64,000 nt of DNA from a bacterium (GCA_965218795.1 OZ244653.1:4128001-4192000); one strand, 5' to 3'. Numbered from the stretch's first letter, positions 47,065-57,568 are shown. Translations and numbers: made by a program. The notes: generated by a model not told the origin, from the sequence alone.

Positions 47065-47691
47065 CTAGGGAGCCACCCTTCGCCCTTCATCAAACCGCGA
47101 AGGAACGTAGGCCGGGGCGTCCACGGCATCCATGAACCGCTGCTTGATGACGATCGGATTGAACGGGAAAGGGGGGACGACGATTTGGGGGTCGGGCTCC
47201 ATGGCCAGGGCGAGGAGAGCGGGCCCCTCCCCATCGAACGCGCCGGGAAATGCCTTCTTGAAATCAGCCGCTGTGGCGACGCTTTCGGCAGCCCGAAATC
47301 CCGCCATCCGGGCGATGCCGGCCAGATCCAGTTGCTGGTGGGTCAGCGGCTGGCCGCCGGAGGAGGCGTAGACATGGTTGCGGGCGACGAGGACGATTAA
47401 ATTTTCGGGCGCTACGGCGCCGGCCGTCACAAGGGCGCCGAGGTGCATCAACAGCCCGCCATCGCCCTCTGCGCACACGACTTTCCGTTCCGGTAGGGCG
47501 GCGGCCACCCCCAACGCAAGCGGAAGGGCGAGCCCCATGCAGTCCTCGATGTAGAAATTCTCGGGCCGGTCCCGCAGGGAGGCCCATAGGTAGGAGGCGT
47601 TGCCGAGGGAGGTCACGACCAGGGTCTCCGCCGGCAGGTTGTCCGCCAGAATCCGGTAATATTCCTCCCGTGTGGGGGCCGGAGCGCTCAC
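47065..47691 (-). CDS. ThDP-dependent decarboxylase beta subunit (sulfopyruvate/phosphonopyruvate decarboxylase-like)
   Basis: MGLALPLALG, GDGGLLM...N ThDP motif, YASSGGQP. Confidence 0.85.
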   Translation of the reverse strand: MSAPAPTREEYYRILADNLPAETLVVTSLGNASYLWASLRDRPENFYIEDCMGLALPLALGVAAALPERKVVCAEGDGGLLMHLGALVTAGAVAPENLIVLVARNHVYASSGGQPLTHQQLDLAGIARMAGFRAAESVATAADFKKAFPGAFDGEGPALLALAMEPDPQIVVPPFPFNPIVIKQRFMDAVDAPAYVPSRFDEGRRVAP

Positions 47692-48203
47692 CAGGCGATA
47701 TCCTCCTTGGTCAGCAGCAGGACGAACGGAGAGGAGGACTCTTCCGCGTTGAGTGCCGCCTGCTCCACCTGCGGTCCGAGGGGTTCGGCGGGGTCGGCGA
47801 CGGCGTACCGGATGCCGTAGCCCTGCATGACAGGTTCGGTCACACGACCCTTGGGGATGTGGTAGACGATGGGGTCCTTCGTCGAACCCCGGTACGAAGC
47901 CAGGATCAGGATGGGAAACTGATACCGCTGGGCGAGCGACACCATGCCCGCCCCCATGGTCAAGAGTCCGACGTTTTGAATCAGGAGGACCGTCCGGGCT
48001 CCCGCGAGACGCGAGCCGCAGGCGATCGCCAGCGCCTCTTCCTCATGCGTTGCCCGGATGAGCTTCATCTCCGGCGCGGCTTCGATCTCCCGCATGATCC
48101 CCCCGAGCCAACTGTCGGGTATCGACACCGCCATGCGGAAGCCGAGCTTCTTCAGGGTCTCGAGCGCCTCGCCGGGGCGGTGACTTCCGTTGATTTTCTT
48201 CAC
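47688..48203 (-). CDS. ThDP-dependent decarboxylase alpha subunit (ComD-like)
   Basis: SIPDSWL, THEEEALAIACG, IQNVGL, SYRG. Confidence 0.85.
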   Translation of the reverse strand: MKKINGSHRPGEALETLKKLGFRMAVSIPDSWLGGIMREIEAAPEMKLIRATHEEEALAIACGSRLAGARTVLLIQNVGLLTMGAGMVSLAQRYQFPILILASYRGSTKDPIVYHIPKGRVTEPVMQGYGIRYAVADPAEPLGPQVEQAALNAEESSSPFVLLLTKEDIAW

Positions 48204-48507
48204 CTGGATACCTCCGAAAGGCGGTCAGGAAGAAAGGCTTGCCCCGCATGCCCGAAGGTCCGACATCCTCACGGTTGAAATTCAGAGCAATTGCGCCGCT
48301 GACAAGGAATCATAAGTCAATGGCGTCTTGAGAACCAAGGGGCCTTTTGGGGCACTGGCGTCCCGGCCATTTGGCGGTTGAGGGACCCTGCCTCATTCAA
48401 TTCATCGTGGTGCACGGCTTTCGATAGCTTTCTTGGCAGGCAGGCCGGTGCAGAAACCCGGCACAGCCTCCCCCCCGGATCCGCCGGAAAACTTTCGTTT
48501 CGCAATA

Positions 48508-48534
48508 GAGGGGACCGCCGTAGGCGGTCCCCTC
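48508..48534. terminator. Strong hairpin downstream of the ydcF-like gene
   Basis: GAGGGGACCGCC-GTA-GGCGGTCCCCTC perfect inverted repeat; no clear U-tract. Confidence 0.45.
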
Positions 48535-48555
48535 ATATTGCCACCAGAGCACGCG

Positions 48556-49185
48556 CTAGAATCCGACCAGGTAGTGGTTGATCAGCTTGACGTACTCGTA
48601 AAAGACCTGCTTGCTCTGATAACGGTTCCGCCACCAGGACCTTTTGAAGAAGGGATCATGGCGGCTCGGATGGACGGCAACCCGGACCCCCTGACCGTTC
48701 AAGGAGCGAAAGATCAATCGGGTTCGGGTGGAATGGTATCCGGACGTTACGACGATGACCGAACGCAAATTTCTCTTTTGAAGAAACGCCAAGACGGCCT
48801 CCGCCTCGCTCTTTGTCGAGTTCGTCTCGGGGAGGGCCACAATGGCATCGGCGGGAACCCCCTGATGGACGGCAATCCGCCGGTTCACTTCAAGGCTCGT
48901 GTGGTAGGTCACGCCCAGTGACTTCATCAAATCCTGATGTTTCCCTTCCTCGTACGTTCCGGTGAGGAGGATGCGGGGAGCGAATTGCTTCTGATAAAGG
49001 TCTACGGCTCCCAGTATGCGGTACGGCGAGTTCCCCGAGAGGACGGCGATGGCGTCGGCCTGGATCAACGGATCCTCGGAGACCAGGAACCCGCCGACTT
49101 TCATCAAAACCCATTCCCGCCGGGCATACCCGAGGCCGGCAAGGAGGGCTGCTGAAAAGACAAAGATGACGGCGATCTTCTTCAT
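48556..49185 (-). CDS. YdcF/DUF218 family protein
   Basis: ADAIAVLSG, ST..EA, IVVTSGYHSTR, EYVKL. Confidence 0.85.
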   Translation of the reverse strand: MKKIAVIFVFSAALLAGLGYARREWVLMKVGGFLVSEDPLIQADAIAVLSGNSPYRILGAVDLYQKQFAPRILLTGTYEEGKHQDLMKSLGVTYHTSLEVNRRIAVHQGVPADAIVALPETNSTKSEAEAVLAFLQKRNLRSVIVVTSGYHSTRTRLIFRSLNGQGVRVAVHPSRHDPFFKRSWWRNRYQSKQVFYEYVKLINHYLVGF

Positions 49186-49240
49186 GACGCCCGGCTCGGT
49201 ATAGGAATCCTGAAAACACCCATTCTCTCGATCCGTCCGC

Positions 49241-50416
49241 TCATGAGCGGGACTGCAATATCGTCTTCGCCAGTTCCAGGAGCATCATGTCGTTTCCCTG
49301 CGCCGATACGATAGAGATCCCCAGCGGCGCCCCCTCCGCCTCTGTGAGGGGCAGGTTCACCTGAGGGAGCCGGGCCAGTCCCGCGGGGCAGGTCAGGCTG
49401 AGCGTCCGGAACCGGAAGCTTTCAACATTTTCGGGCGGCGTGTTCAGGAAGGGGGCCGGCCCCGGCGCCGTCGGCCAGATGAGCACCTTCCCCCCGGACA
49501 ACAACGACTCCATTTTCTCCGTGGCCTGGTTGCGGATTTCCTCCATCGCTTCCACTTGATCCGGCGTGATCTGCGATGTCGCCTCGAAGCGCTCTTTGAT
49601 CAAGGGGCCAAAGTTCGGACGGGTGTTCGTGATCCAATCGCCATGAAGATTCCAGATCTGGGCCGCGCCCAGCGTGAAGAAGGCTGTCCGCCACGCTTCG
49701 AGTTGACCCGCAAGCTCGACCCGTTCCGGCTCGCCGAGATCCCGCTTGAGGTCTTCGAGCGCGCCGTCGGCCGCCTCTTGAGCGGGCGGATCGAGCAGCC
49801 GGAAGGCATCGTCGGCGATCAGGAAACCGCCCGGCCCGCCCGAATGCGCGGATTCGCCGAGCAGGACTTCGCCCACCCGTTCGAAGATCTCCGGATCATC
49901 CGCAAACCAACCGGCCGTGTCGAAGCTCGGCGCCATCGGCCAGCAATGATCCAGGGGGATCCTGCCATGCGTCGGGCGGATGCCCAACACGCCGCAAAAG
50001 GCCGCGGGCACGCGGACGGAGCCGCCGGTGTCGGAGCCGACGGCGAAATCGACGATCCGCCCTGCCACTGCGGAGGCCGACCCGCTGGAAGAACCGCCGG
50101 GCACCCGATCCGGCGCTTTGGGGTTCACGGGCGTGCCGTAATGGAAGTTCTCACCAAACAGGCTGTAGGCGAGTTCGTCCGTATGGGTCTTGCCCACCAT
50201 GTCCGCGCCGGCCTCGAGGAGCCGGGTCACGGCCGGAGAGGTGGTTTGCGCCGGACCGTGCGTCTCCAGCCAATCGGGGCTCCCGCACCCCGTGACGTGC
50301 CCCGCAATGTCGAACAGGTCCTTCACGGCGAAGCTCAGGCCGGAGAGGGGTCCGTCCGTCCGACCGAAAAGTTTGGCTTCCTCGCGATCGATGAAGGCGC
50401 CTAGAGGGTCGTTCAT
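49241..50416 (-). CDS. Amidase-signature family enzyme
   Basis: AVKDLFD, GGSSSGSA, GSDTGGSVRVPA; start set at ATG 50416. Confidence 0.92.
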   Translation of the reverse strand: MNDPLGAFIDREEAKLFGRTDGPLSGLSFAVKDLFDIAGHVTGCGSPDWLETHGPAQTTSPAVTRLLEAGADMVGKTHTDELAYSLFGENFHYGTPVNPKAPDRVPGGSSSGSASAVAGRIVDFAVGSDTGGSVRVPAAFCGVLGIRPTHGRIPLDHCWPMAPSFDTAGWFADDPEIFERVGEVLLGESAHSGGPGGFLIADDAFRLLDPPAQEAADGALEDLKRDLGEPERVELAGQLEAWRTAFFTLGAAQIWNLHGDWITNTRPNFGPLIKERFEATSQITPDQVEAMEEIRNQATEKMESLLSGGKVLIWPTAPGPAPFLNTPPENVESFRFRTLSLTCPAGLARLPQVNLPLTEAEGAPLGISIVSAQGNDMMLLELAKTILQSRS

Positions 50417-50460
50417 GGTTCTCCTTTCCCTTCGCCCCGGGTTCGTGGTCCCGCCGAGAA

Positions 50461-51243
50461 TCAATAAGTGACCGCCAGGGCCTCCAGCAGTCGCTCCGCC
50501 TCTTTCCAGGTCTTTCGGCCGGTCGTCTGAAGGATGAGCGCCTCCCCTTCTCCCGTCACCTCCGCGCGGCTCTGGGAACCTTCGACCAGATCGGCGATGC
50601 CCCGCTTGATCATAATCGTCCAGGGAACGGCCTCTTCCGGGACAAAACGGTACGCGCCGTCGGGCACGGCGGCCGCGGGGCGGTGGTTCAGGAAACGGAC
50701 GTGCATGAACGGCAGTGCCCGCAGAAGGGGCGTGAGGAGGTTATTCCGGAGGCTCGCCTTCGAATCATCGACAATCCGGATGTCCCAATCGTGGATGGCC
50801 AGCTCGAACAGGCGCATGCCGGCGAAATGACCGACGGGCAGGTGCCCCATGGGGTGCCACGCTGGGAAATGGAGATCCTCCAGCCGAAGCGAGGAGACCG
50901 TCCGCTGGAAACGATGATACTCGATCTCGAATTCATCGACGAGGTGGTCCGCGGGCAGGCCGAGCATCCGATCTATCTCGCCCATGCGGATTTTGTTGAA
51001 TCCCTCGCGGTCCGTCGCGCCGAAGGGGGGATGTGGATGGCTCTGAACGCCTGAGCTGACCACCTTGTCGTAGAAGGTCGTGCCGAAGGTGGAATGGGCC
51101 ACGATGTGTTTTCGCGTCCAACCCTCGCAAAAGGTCGGCTGATTCCACTCGTCGAGGCTCCAGGATCGAAACCAGGACGCCTGCCGCTCCACTTCCTCCC
51201 CCATGAAGGCGATGGGTTCCATCAGAATGCTGAGATCCTTCAT
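50461..51243 (-). CDS. Maleylpyruvate isomerase-like (DinB/MDMPI) protein with SCP2-like tail
   Basis: WNQPTFCEGWTRKHIVAH and ELAIHDWDI His motifs. Confidence 0.75.
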   Translation of the reverse strand: MKDLSILMEPIAFMGEEVERQASWFRSWSLDEWNQPTFCEGWTRKHIVAHSTFGTTFYDKVVSSGVQSHPHPPFGATDREGFNKIRMGEIDRMLGLPADHLVDEFEIEYHRFQRTVSSLRLEDLHFPAWHPMGHLPVGHFAGMRLFELAIHDWDIRIVDDSKASLRNNLLTPLLRALPFMHVRFLNHRPAAAVPDGAYRFVPEEAVPWTIMIKRGIADLVEGSQSRAEVTGEGEALILQTTGRKTWKEAERLLEALAVTY

Positions 51244-51376
51244 CTTTCCTTCCTTCTTTCAAGTTCTGAATGAGGCCGGAGCGGGAACCATTTCCGATCC
51301 TACCCTGACCCGCGCGGTCATGCCCCCTTTTATCCCGGACCGCTGACTCGGTCGAGGGCGGCGACCTCATCCTCCG

Positions 51377-52241
51377 TTAACTCCAGGTTCCCCGCTTCCA
51401 GGCTTTGGCGCAGTTGTTCGATGGAATTGTCCCCGTCACCCCGCGGCGGCTCAACAGCAACGCGAGCGATACGGCGGTCGTCGAAACTCCCCGGTCGGCC
51501 GCGTTTTTGCCGGCTTTCTCGACGATGGCGAAGCCACGGTCATTGTCGTATCGGGTTCGAATGTCCGTCATCCGGTCCGAGAGGAGCGGCTCTTCACCCC
51601 GCCTGTATTTTCCCGTCAGACCCCCCGGCCAACGGCGAATAGGGGATCACACCGACGGCTTCCCGCCCGCCCGGCGAGGTTGTCGTAAGGCGGGAGAGAT
51701 TCGTGCCGTGTCCACCCCCTGTCCCTGCTGATCCCCAGGCAAAACCGCAACTCTCCGGCCGAATCGTTGGAGCATCCGATGTGGCGAACTTTCCCCTGCC
51801 GGACCAACTCGTCCAGGACCTCGAGCGTTTCCTCTTCCGGCGTGTTCGATCGAGCCGGTGGGTCTGGTACAAGTCGATGGTGTCCGTTTGCAGCCGGCGG
51901 TGGCTGTCCTCGACGGCCCGCAGGATGTGCGTCCGGCTCAGCCCCTCTCCGTCCGGACCCTCCCACATCCGCCCGCGAACTTTCGTGGCCAGGAAGAAAC
52001 GGTCGCGATGGTTCCGTGCGGCGACCCACCGACCGATGATTTCCTCGGTTTTTCCCGCATGGCTTTTTCCCGACCAGAAGCTGTCAATGTCCGCAGTGTC
52101 CAAGAAATTTCCCCCGGCCTCCGGGCAGGCGTCCATCATCCTGAACGAGTCGGCCTCGTCCGCCGTCCAGCCGAACTGCATCGTTCCCAGGGCGATTACC
52201 GGAACCTCCAGCCCCGTTCGGCCCGGCTTGCGGTATCACAT
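51377..52241 (-). pseudogene. Aldo/keto reductase pseudogene
   Basis: ATG TGA TAC CGC AAG (stop at codon 2), [44 protein letters not shown] spread over several frames with deletions. Confidence 0.85.
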
Positions 52242-52345
52242 GAACCCTCCGTCTCCCCGCATCCCGAAATCGGTGCTATTCTGAGACTCTCAACGGAACA
52301 TCCGAAACATTGAAGCGATTGAGCGCGGCGGATGGAGATCCCTTC

Positions 52346-53803
52346 ATGAAAGATAACACCCAGGCCGTCCTCGATCATCTGAAAAGACGCGGGGTGGAAT
52401 ACGGCGACGTCCGCCGCATGGCGACCCGTCAGGAGCGGCTGTCGGTCAAGAACGGCCGCGTGCAGACCGTTCAACGGTCCGAGGACGCCGGATTCGGGAT
52501 CCGCGTGATCCAACGGGGGGCGTGGGGATTCGCAGCCGTCCCGGAAGAGCCTGACGGGCTCGAAGAACGCCTCATCCACACCGCGGACCAGGCTGTGGCC
52601 GTCGCCGAGGCCGCCGCGCGTGTGAACCGGGACCGGGTCCGCCTCGACCGCTCTCCGCCCGAGACGGGCCGATACGAGGGGGTGTGCGAAGAGGACCCCT
52701 TCCTGGTTCCGCTGGAAGAGAAGATCGACCACCTGGTCCGGGCGTCGGAGGGCATGATGCACCCGAAGGTCACCGCCGCCTTCGCGCGGATGGCCGCCTT
52801 CCGGGTGGAGAAGACCTTCATGAGCACGGATGGGGCCCGGACCGAGCAATCCTTCACGGAAACCGGCGCGGGCCTGACGTGCACGGTGAGAGAAGGGAAC
52901 GACATCCAGACACGCTCGTTCCCGACGGGCCACGGCGGCGATTTCGCCCAGCGGGGGTTCGAAGTCGTCCGGGGTATGGGGCTCGTAGAGGCGGCGCCCG
53001 GTGTTCTGGAAGAGGCGCTGGGGCTGCTGGCGGCCCCTTCCGTTCCGGCGGGTGAGTGGGATATCATCCTGGAATCCAGCCAGCTTTGCCTTCAGGTGCA
53101 CGAATCCTGCGGCCATCCCATCGAGCTGGACCGGGTGTTCGGCGATGAGATCAGCCTGGCGGGAGGAAGCTTTCTCACCCCCGACAAGCGGGGCCGGTTC
53201 CATTACGGCTCGAAGTGGATCAACATCCACGCCGACGGTACGATCCCCGGCGCCCTGGGAAGCTATGGATACGACGACGAAGGGGTCTCCCCCCGCCGCG
53301 TCCCGATCGTCCAGGAGGGTCTCTTTCTCGGGTACATGAGCTCCCGCGAGTCCGCCGCCCGTCTGAACGAAAACAGCAATGGCTGCATGCGGGCCGATTC
53401 CTGGGGCCGCATTCCCCTCATCCGGATGGTGAACATCAACCTGGAGCCGGGCGGCCCGGGCTCGCCGACGCTCGACGAGTTGATCGCCGACACCCGCCGG
53501 GGTCTCTTCATCGAGACGAACAAGAGCTGGAGCATCGACGACCAGCGGCTCCACTTCCAGTTCGGGTGCGAGGCCGCCCGCGAGATCCGCGACGGGAAGC
53601 TGGTCGCCCTCTACAAGAACCCGATCTACGCCGGCATCACCCCACAGTTTTGGAATTCGTGCGATGCAGTGTGCGGAGAGTCCGAATGGAGGATGTGGGG
53701 CCTGCCCAACTGCGGGAAGGGCGTACCCATGCAGACCGCCCATGTCGGTCACGGCGCGGCGCCCGCGCGCTTCCGGGGCGTGCGGGTCTGGAGCGGAGGA
53801 TGA
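52346..53803 (+). CDS. tldD: TldD metalloprotease subunit
   Basis: GFGIRVI..GAWGFA, HESCGHPIELDR, YDDEG, RMVN, CGKG.P.Q. Confidence 0.92.
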   Translation: MKDNTQAVLDHLKRRGVEYGDVRRMATRQERLSVKNGRVQTVQRSEDAGFGIRVIQRGAWGFAAVPEEPDGLEERLIHTADQAVAVAEAAARVNRDRVRLDRSPPETGRYEGVCEEDPFLVPLEEKIDHLVRASEGMMHPKVTAAFARMAAFRVEKTFMSTDGARTEQSFTETGAGLTCTVREGNDIQTRSFPTGHGGDFAQRGFEVVRGMGLVEAAPGVLEEALGLLAAPSVPAGEWDIILESSQLCLQVHESCGHPIELDRVFGDEISLAGGSFLTPDKRGRFHYGSKWINIHADGTIPGALGSYGYDDEGVSPRRVPIVQEGLFLGYMSSRESAARLNENSNGCMRADSWGRIPLIRMVNINLEPGGPGSPTLDELIADTRRGLFIETNKSWSIDDQRLHFQFGCEAAREIRDGKLVALYKNPIYAGITPQFWNSCDAVCGESEWRMWGLPNCGKGVPMQTAHVGHGAAPARFRGVRVWSGG

Positions 53804-55191
53804 CGGTGCCCGGAGCCCATTCAGAAAAGGACCGAATCCTCTCAGCCCTCGACGCGGTCCTGAAGGACCCGCCGGCCGACCGGGTGGAGATGTTCGTCGG
53901 ACGTCGGTCGGGCGGCTACTCCCGCTGCGCCCGCTCTCGCATCCATCAGAGCGCGGAGGAATCCGGCGTGTCGGTCTCCATCCGCGCGGCACTGGGCCGC
54001 AAGGTCGGCGTCGCCTTCACGAATTCCCTGACCACAGACGGCCTGCGCCGCGCTCTGAATCAGGCCGTGGATGCGGCCCGCGCCTCTCCCGAAGCGGAAT
54101 ACCTGGGACCGCCCGTCGAGCCCTGGAACGCTCCCGAGGGAGTCGTGGACGGCGAGACGGCCTCCTTCGGAGCGGGCGGCCGGGCCGAGGCGTTGTCCTC
54201 CGTTTTCAAGCTGGCCGAAGCCCAGGGGCAGACCGTCGCGGGGGTCTTTGGGACGTGGGTCGAGGAGCGGGCGGCGGCGAACACAGACGGCCTGCGCGTG
54301 CTCGCTCTCAGGACGCTGGCGGAGACCAGCCTCATTGCCGAAGGGGAACGCGAAGGGCACTACACGCCCTCCGGCTACGCCCACGGGATCGCGCCGCGCG
54401 CGGCGGATCTGAACCTTGCCGGGCTTGCCGGGCGGGCGGTGCGGCGTTGCGCTCAATCCGTCTCACCGCGGACCCTCGAACCGGGCGACTATACAGTGCT
54501 CCTCGAGCCCCCCTGCGTGGCGGAGGTGCTGGAGTGGATGTCGTTCATCGGGCTCGGCGCGCAGGCCCACCTGGACGGCCGCGGGTTCATGAGCGGACGC
54601 AGCGGCGAGAAAATCACGGGCGGGCGCTTTTCGCTGTGGGACGACGCGGGCGACCCGGACGGACTGCCGCTTCCCTTCGACGCGGAGGGAACCCCGGCCT
54701 CCCGGTTTTCCCTTATCGAACAAGGTGTGGCCAACGGCCCCGTGATGGATTCCGTCCAGGGCGCACGCGCGGGCAACGCTTCCACGGGCCATGCCGCCTC
54801 GCTGGACCTGTCGGTCGAATGCCTGCCCCGCCACATGTTCGTACCGCCCGGCGACATACCTCTCGGTGAGCTTCCGTCGAAAATCGAACGAGGGGTGTGG
54901 GTCACGCGCTTTCACTACGTGAACGGCCTGCTTCATCCGCCCACCGCCCTGATGACGGGCATGACCCGCGACGGGACGTATTGGGTGGAAAACGGTGAGA
55001 TTCTATACCCGCTCTACAATCTCCGCTTCACGCAGGGCATGCTGGAGGCGTTCGGGAACATTCGGGCGCTGAGCCGGGAGCGGCAGCGCATCGGGGCCTC
55101 GTGGGAAGGGGGGACGATCTGCGTCGTCCCCGCCATGCTCATCGATGACTTTCACATCACCGGCGGCATGCCCGCGGCGGAGGAGGTGTAA
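53800..55191 (+). CDS. pmbA: TldE/PmbA subunit
   Basis: PGDYTVLLEP, FDAEG, STGHA, TGMTRDG; no HExxH motif; ATG overlaps the tldD stop. Confidence 0.85.
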   Translation: MTVPGAHSEKDRILSALDAVLKDPPADRVEMFVGRRSGGYSRCARSRIHQSAEESGVSVSIRAALGRKVGVAFTNSLTTDGLRRALNQAVDAARASPEAEYLGPPVEPWNAPEGVVDGETASFGAGGRAEALSSVFKLAEAQGQTVAGVFGTWVEERAAANTDGLRVLALRTLAETSLIAEGEREGHYTPSGYAHGIAPRAADLNLAGLAGRAVRRCAQSVSPRTLEPGDYTVLLEPPCVAEVLEWMSFIGLGAQAHLDGRGFMSGRSGEKITGGRFSLWDDAGDPDGLPLPFDAEGTPASRFSLIEQGVANGPVMDSVQGARAGNASTGHAASLDLSVECLPRHMFVPPGDIPLGELPSKIERGVWVTRFHYVNGLLHPPTALMTGMTRDGTYWVENGEILYPLYNLRFTQGMLEAFGNIRALSRERQRIGASWEGGTICVVPAMLIDDFHITGGMPAAEEV

Positions 55192-55211
55192 TTCGTACTC
55201 TGGATTCATAA

Positions 55212-55320
55212 GGGAGGAACAGTTTTCAAAATGTCCTCCCCGCCGGCCCCCTCGAAAACTCTGGGGTAAAGCGCCAGCAGCGCTTCCCCTTTTCGCGAAA
55301 TGGAAGTTTTGCAGGGGGTG
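55212..55320. repeat. Hairpin element related to the 28859/29265 family
   Basis: GGGAGGAACAGTTTTCAAAATGTCCTCCC...CCCCCTCGAAAACT resembles GGAGGGACATTTTGAAAATTGTCCCTCC...CCCCCAAAAACTT. Confidence 0.55.
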
Positions 55321-55552
55321 TGAAATTGAAACGCCGACCGGCGTCCGCATCGTCCTTCCGTTCCGCTTAAAGGCTCGGGTGGCGCAAACCGTTGAAGATC
55401 CAGCGGTTAGCCCGAGCGGTGCTTGAGCGGCAGTGCTCGCCGCGCACATTCGGGAACAGTTCCCGACCCGTCGCGCGGCTTCCGAACGCCATTATTGGGA
55501 GGCGCGGGGAACAACGCAATGCCGCGGGGGCTACCGGCGGGCGGTTTAGTCT

Positions 55553-55694
55553 GTCATTCCTGCGTAGGCAGGACTCCATGCGTAATGTCCTCCGAAGGGA
55601 GCATTCGAGGGTGTCCTCCGCCTGCCTGTGCGTCGCACGCAGACAGGCAGGCAACAGGCGGGGACCTATGGATTCCCGCTTCCGCGGGAATGAC
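55553..55694. repeat. Inverted REP pair with a nested hairpin
   Basis: GTCATTCCTGCGTAGGCAGGACTCCA ... TGGATTCCCGCTTCCGCGGGAATGAC; inner CCTGCCTGTGCGTCGCACGCAGACAGGCAGG. Confidence 0.8.
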
Positions 55695-55724
55695 AGGCTA
55701 GGGGGCCGAAGGAGAGGAACCGAC

Positions 55725-56758
55725 ATGAAAGGCGTAGCGTTCAAGGTGAACTATAACGACGGTGGAGCGAACGGTGGTCTGATCGGCTACCGAGGAGTCT
55801 GCTCGGACCGGATCATCGTGCAGAATGTGAAGATTGACCCGAGACCTTGGTGCAGCAACAAGGGCTGCGACTGCCGCATATACTGCGACAACGACTTGTC
55901 GACACGGCGCCCAACGGGTACCCATGTTATGAAAGATCGCTCTTAGAGCCGCCCTTTCGATTTGGGGCGGGTTTCTTCCACGAGGGGGAGAGAGCAGAGA
56001 CCCCCATGCGCATCAACGGCGTGGATCCGGGCGACATCGCCTTCCTCACCACCATCCTACCCGGAGGCGGACAGGAAGACCGGATCATCTTCGGTTGTTA
56101 CAGAGTCAAAGAAATTAGCGGCGACGATGATCAAGGGTATTTCGTCGAGTCCGATGAGACCATGGATATACGCCTGCCTGACGATGTGGCACGGGATTGT
56201 TTCTACTGGGACTACCAGAGACCGAACAGCGACGGAAGCAAGTGGTGGGGTTCTGGACTGCACCGCTACCTGGACGAAGAATGCACACGCAAGCTCATTG
56301 AAGACCTTCTGTGGCGGCTGGGCGATGACCCTGGTCGGGATATTCTGTTCCGAGCCTTTGACGGCGAGATCTTCCCTCAACGGACAACGACCCCTTATGG
56401 ACGTAGTGGCGAAGAAAGCGACGAACACCGGGAGATCAAGGAACGGGTCGCCGGAACGCCGAAATTAGTAGGGTTGCCCAAGACATCCGAGCCAAGCATC
56501 GAACACTCGTTCTTGAGCGGAGATCGCGTGGACGTGAAGTTCGATCTCCCGAACAATAAAACTGCGGTTGTGGAAGTGGAGATCGAAGTACCGCTTCCGG
56601 GAGCGCACCAAGCTGTAAAGTACCGTGCGTTGCTCGAAGTCGAGCGCGGAGATGCGTTGGGTGCCGGCGATGTCCAAGCCATTCTCGTAGCTCACCGTTT
56701 CGATGAGGAAACGCGCAAGCTCGCAGAACAGTACGACATCAAGCTGGTGGTGCTTTGA
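55725..56758 (+). pseudogene. Cys-rich N-terminal domain fused to a PD-(D/E)xK nuclease (one frameshift as given)
   Basis: GGAGAGG RBS, ATG 55725; frame change at ~55911 (CCC run); C-terminal ESDEH...GDRVDV...VVEVE...QAVKY. Confidence 0.7.
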
Positions 56759-56782
56759 GCCTGACAAGAGATCGGGAAGACA

Positions 56783-57022
56783 CTATTTTGCAATGGGCTT
56801 CTGTTGAGTGGGCCGACTGAACAGTGGGACTTTGAATTTCTGCGTTGCCGCCATCGCTTCGGCAATGATAGCGCCGACTTTCTCCGCTGCTTTGACGAGA
56901 TGCCCGTCGGCGAGATGCGCATATCCGGCGGTGGTTTGATGCCGGCGATGGCCGAGCAGCTTGCCGACCAGGGGAAGGTTCTCTCCCGACATGACGGCAT
57001 GGCTGGGTAGCTATGGCGCAGG
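56783..57022 (-). mobile_element. Tyrosine integrase C-terminal remnant
   Basis: LRHSY.SHAVMSGENLPLVGKLLGHRRHQTTAGYAH (box II, one frameshift); N-terminal part absent. Confidence 0.85.
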
Positions 57023-57127
57023 GAGCAGGTTCTTCAATCCGAAGCGGTCCTGGAGCGTCGGAAATAAGAAAGCGGGAGATTCTGAAGACCGGCCAAAAGC
57101 GTTTCTAGTCCTGGGAGGGAAAGGTCC

Positions 57128-57568
57128 ATGCCTGTATGGCTTCTGGCAACCTTGGCTGCGGCGATCCTGTACGGTCTCCACAACGTGTTCACCAAAATGG
57201 CGGCGGGAAAGGTTTCCGACAACATGGGCGGGTTGCTGCTCGAAGGGACGGCCACGGTCTTGATCCTGCTCTTCATCATCCGGGAGCGGATGGCGACCGG
57301 AGGGTTCGGGTCCGCCTCCGCCCGCGGGATCGTTTTTTCCGTCCTGGCCGGGCTTTGCGTCGGGGCCGGGACGGTCCTGTACTTCTACATCTTCCGAATG
57401 GCCGGTGAGCTATCCGTGGCCGGGCCCATCGTATTGGCGGGCGGGATTGCCATCATGGCCGTGGCGGGATTGACGTTTTTTGGCGAGCCGCTGACGGCTT
57501 GGAAGGTTTTGGGACTGGTGTTTTCCGTTACGGGGATCTGGCTTCTCAGCGTTTCCACAGCTTCATGA
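57128..57568 (+). CDS. EamA/DMT-family small membrane transporter
   Basis: Five TM helices; FFGEPLTAWKVLG. Confidence 0.8.
   Translation: MPVWLLATLAAAILYGLHNVFTKMAAGKVSDNMGGLLLEGTATVLILLFIIRERMATGGFGSASARGIVFSVLAGLCVGAGTVLYFYIFRMAGELSVAGPIVLAGGIAIMAVAGLTFFGEPLTAWKVLGLVFSVTGIWLLSVSTAS

Noticed and set aside
52346-55191. TldD/E as part of a RiPP cluster
   Set aside because: No precursor peptide or modifying enzymes nearby; a standalone pair is common
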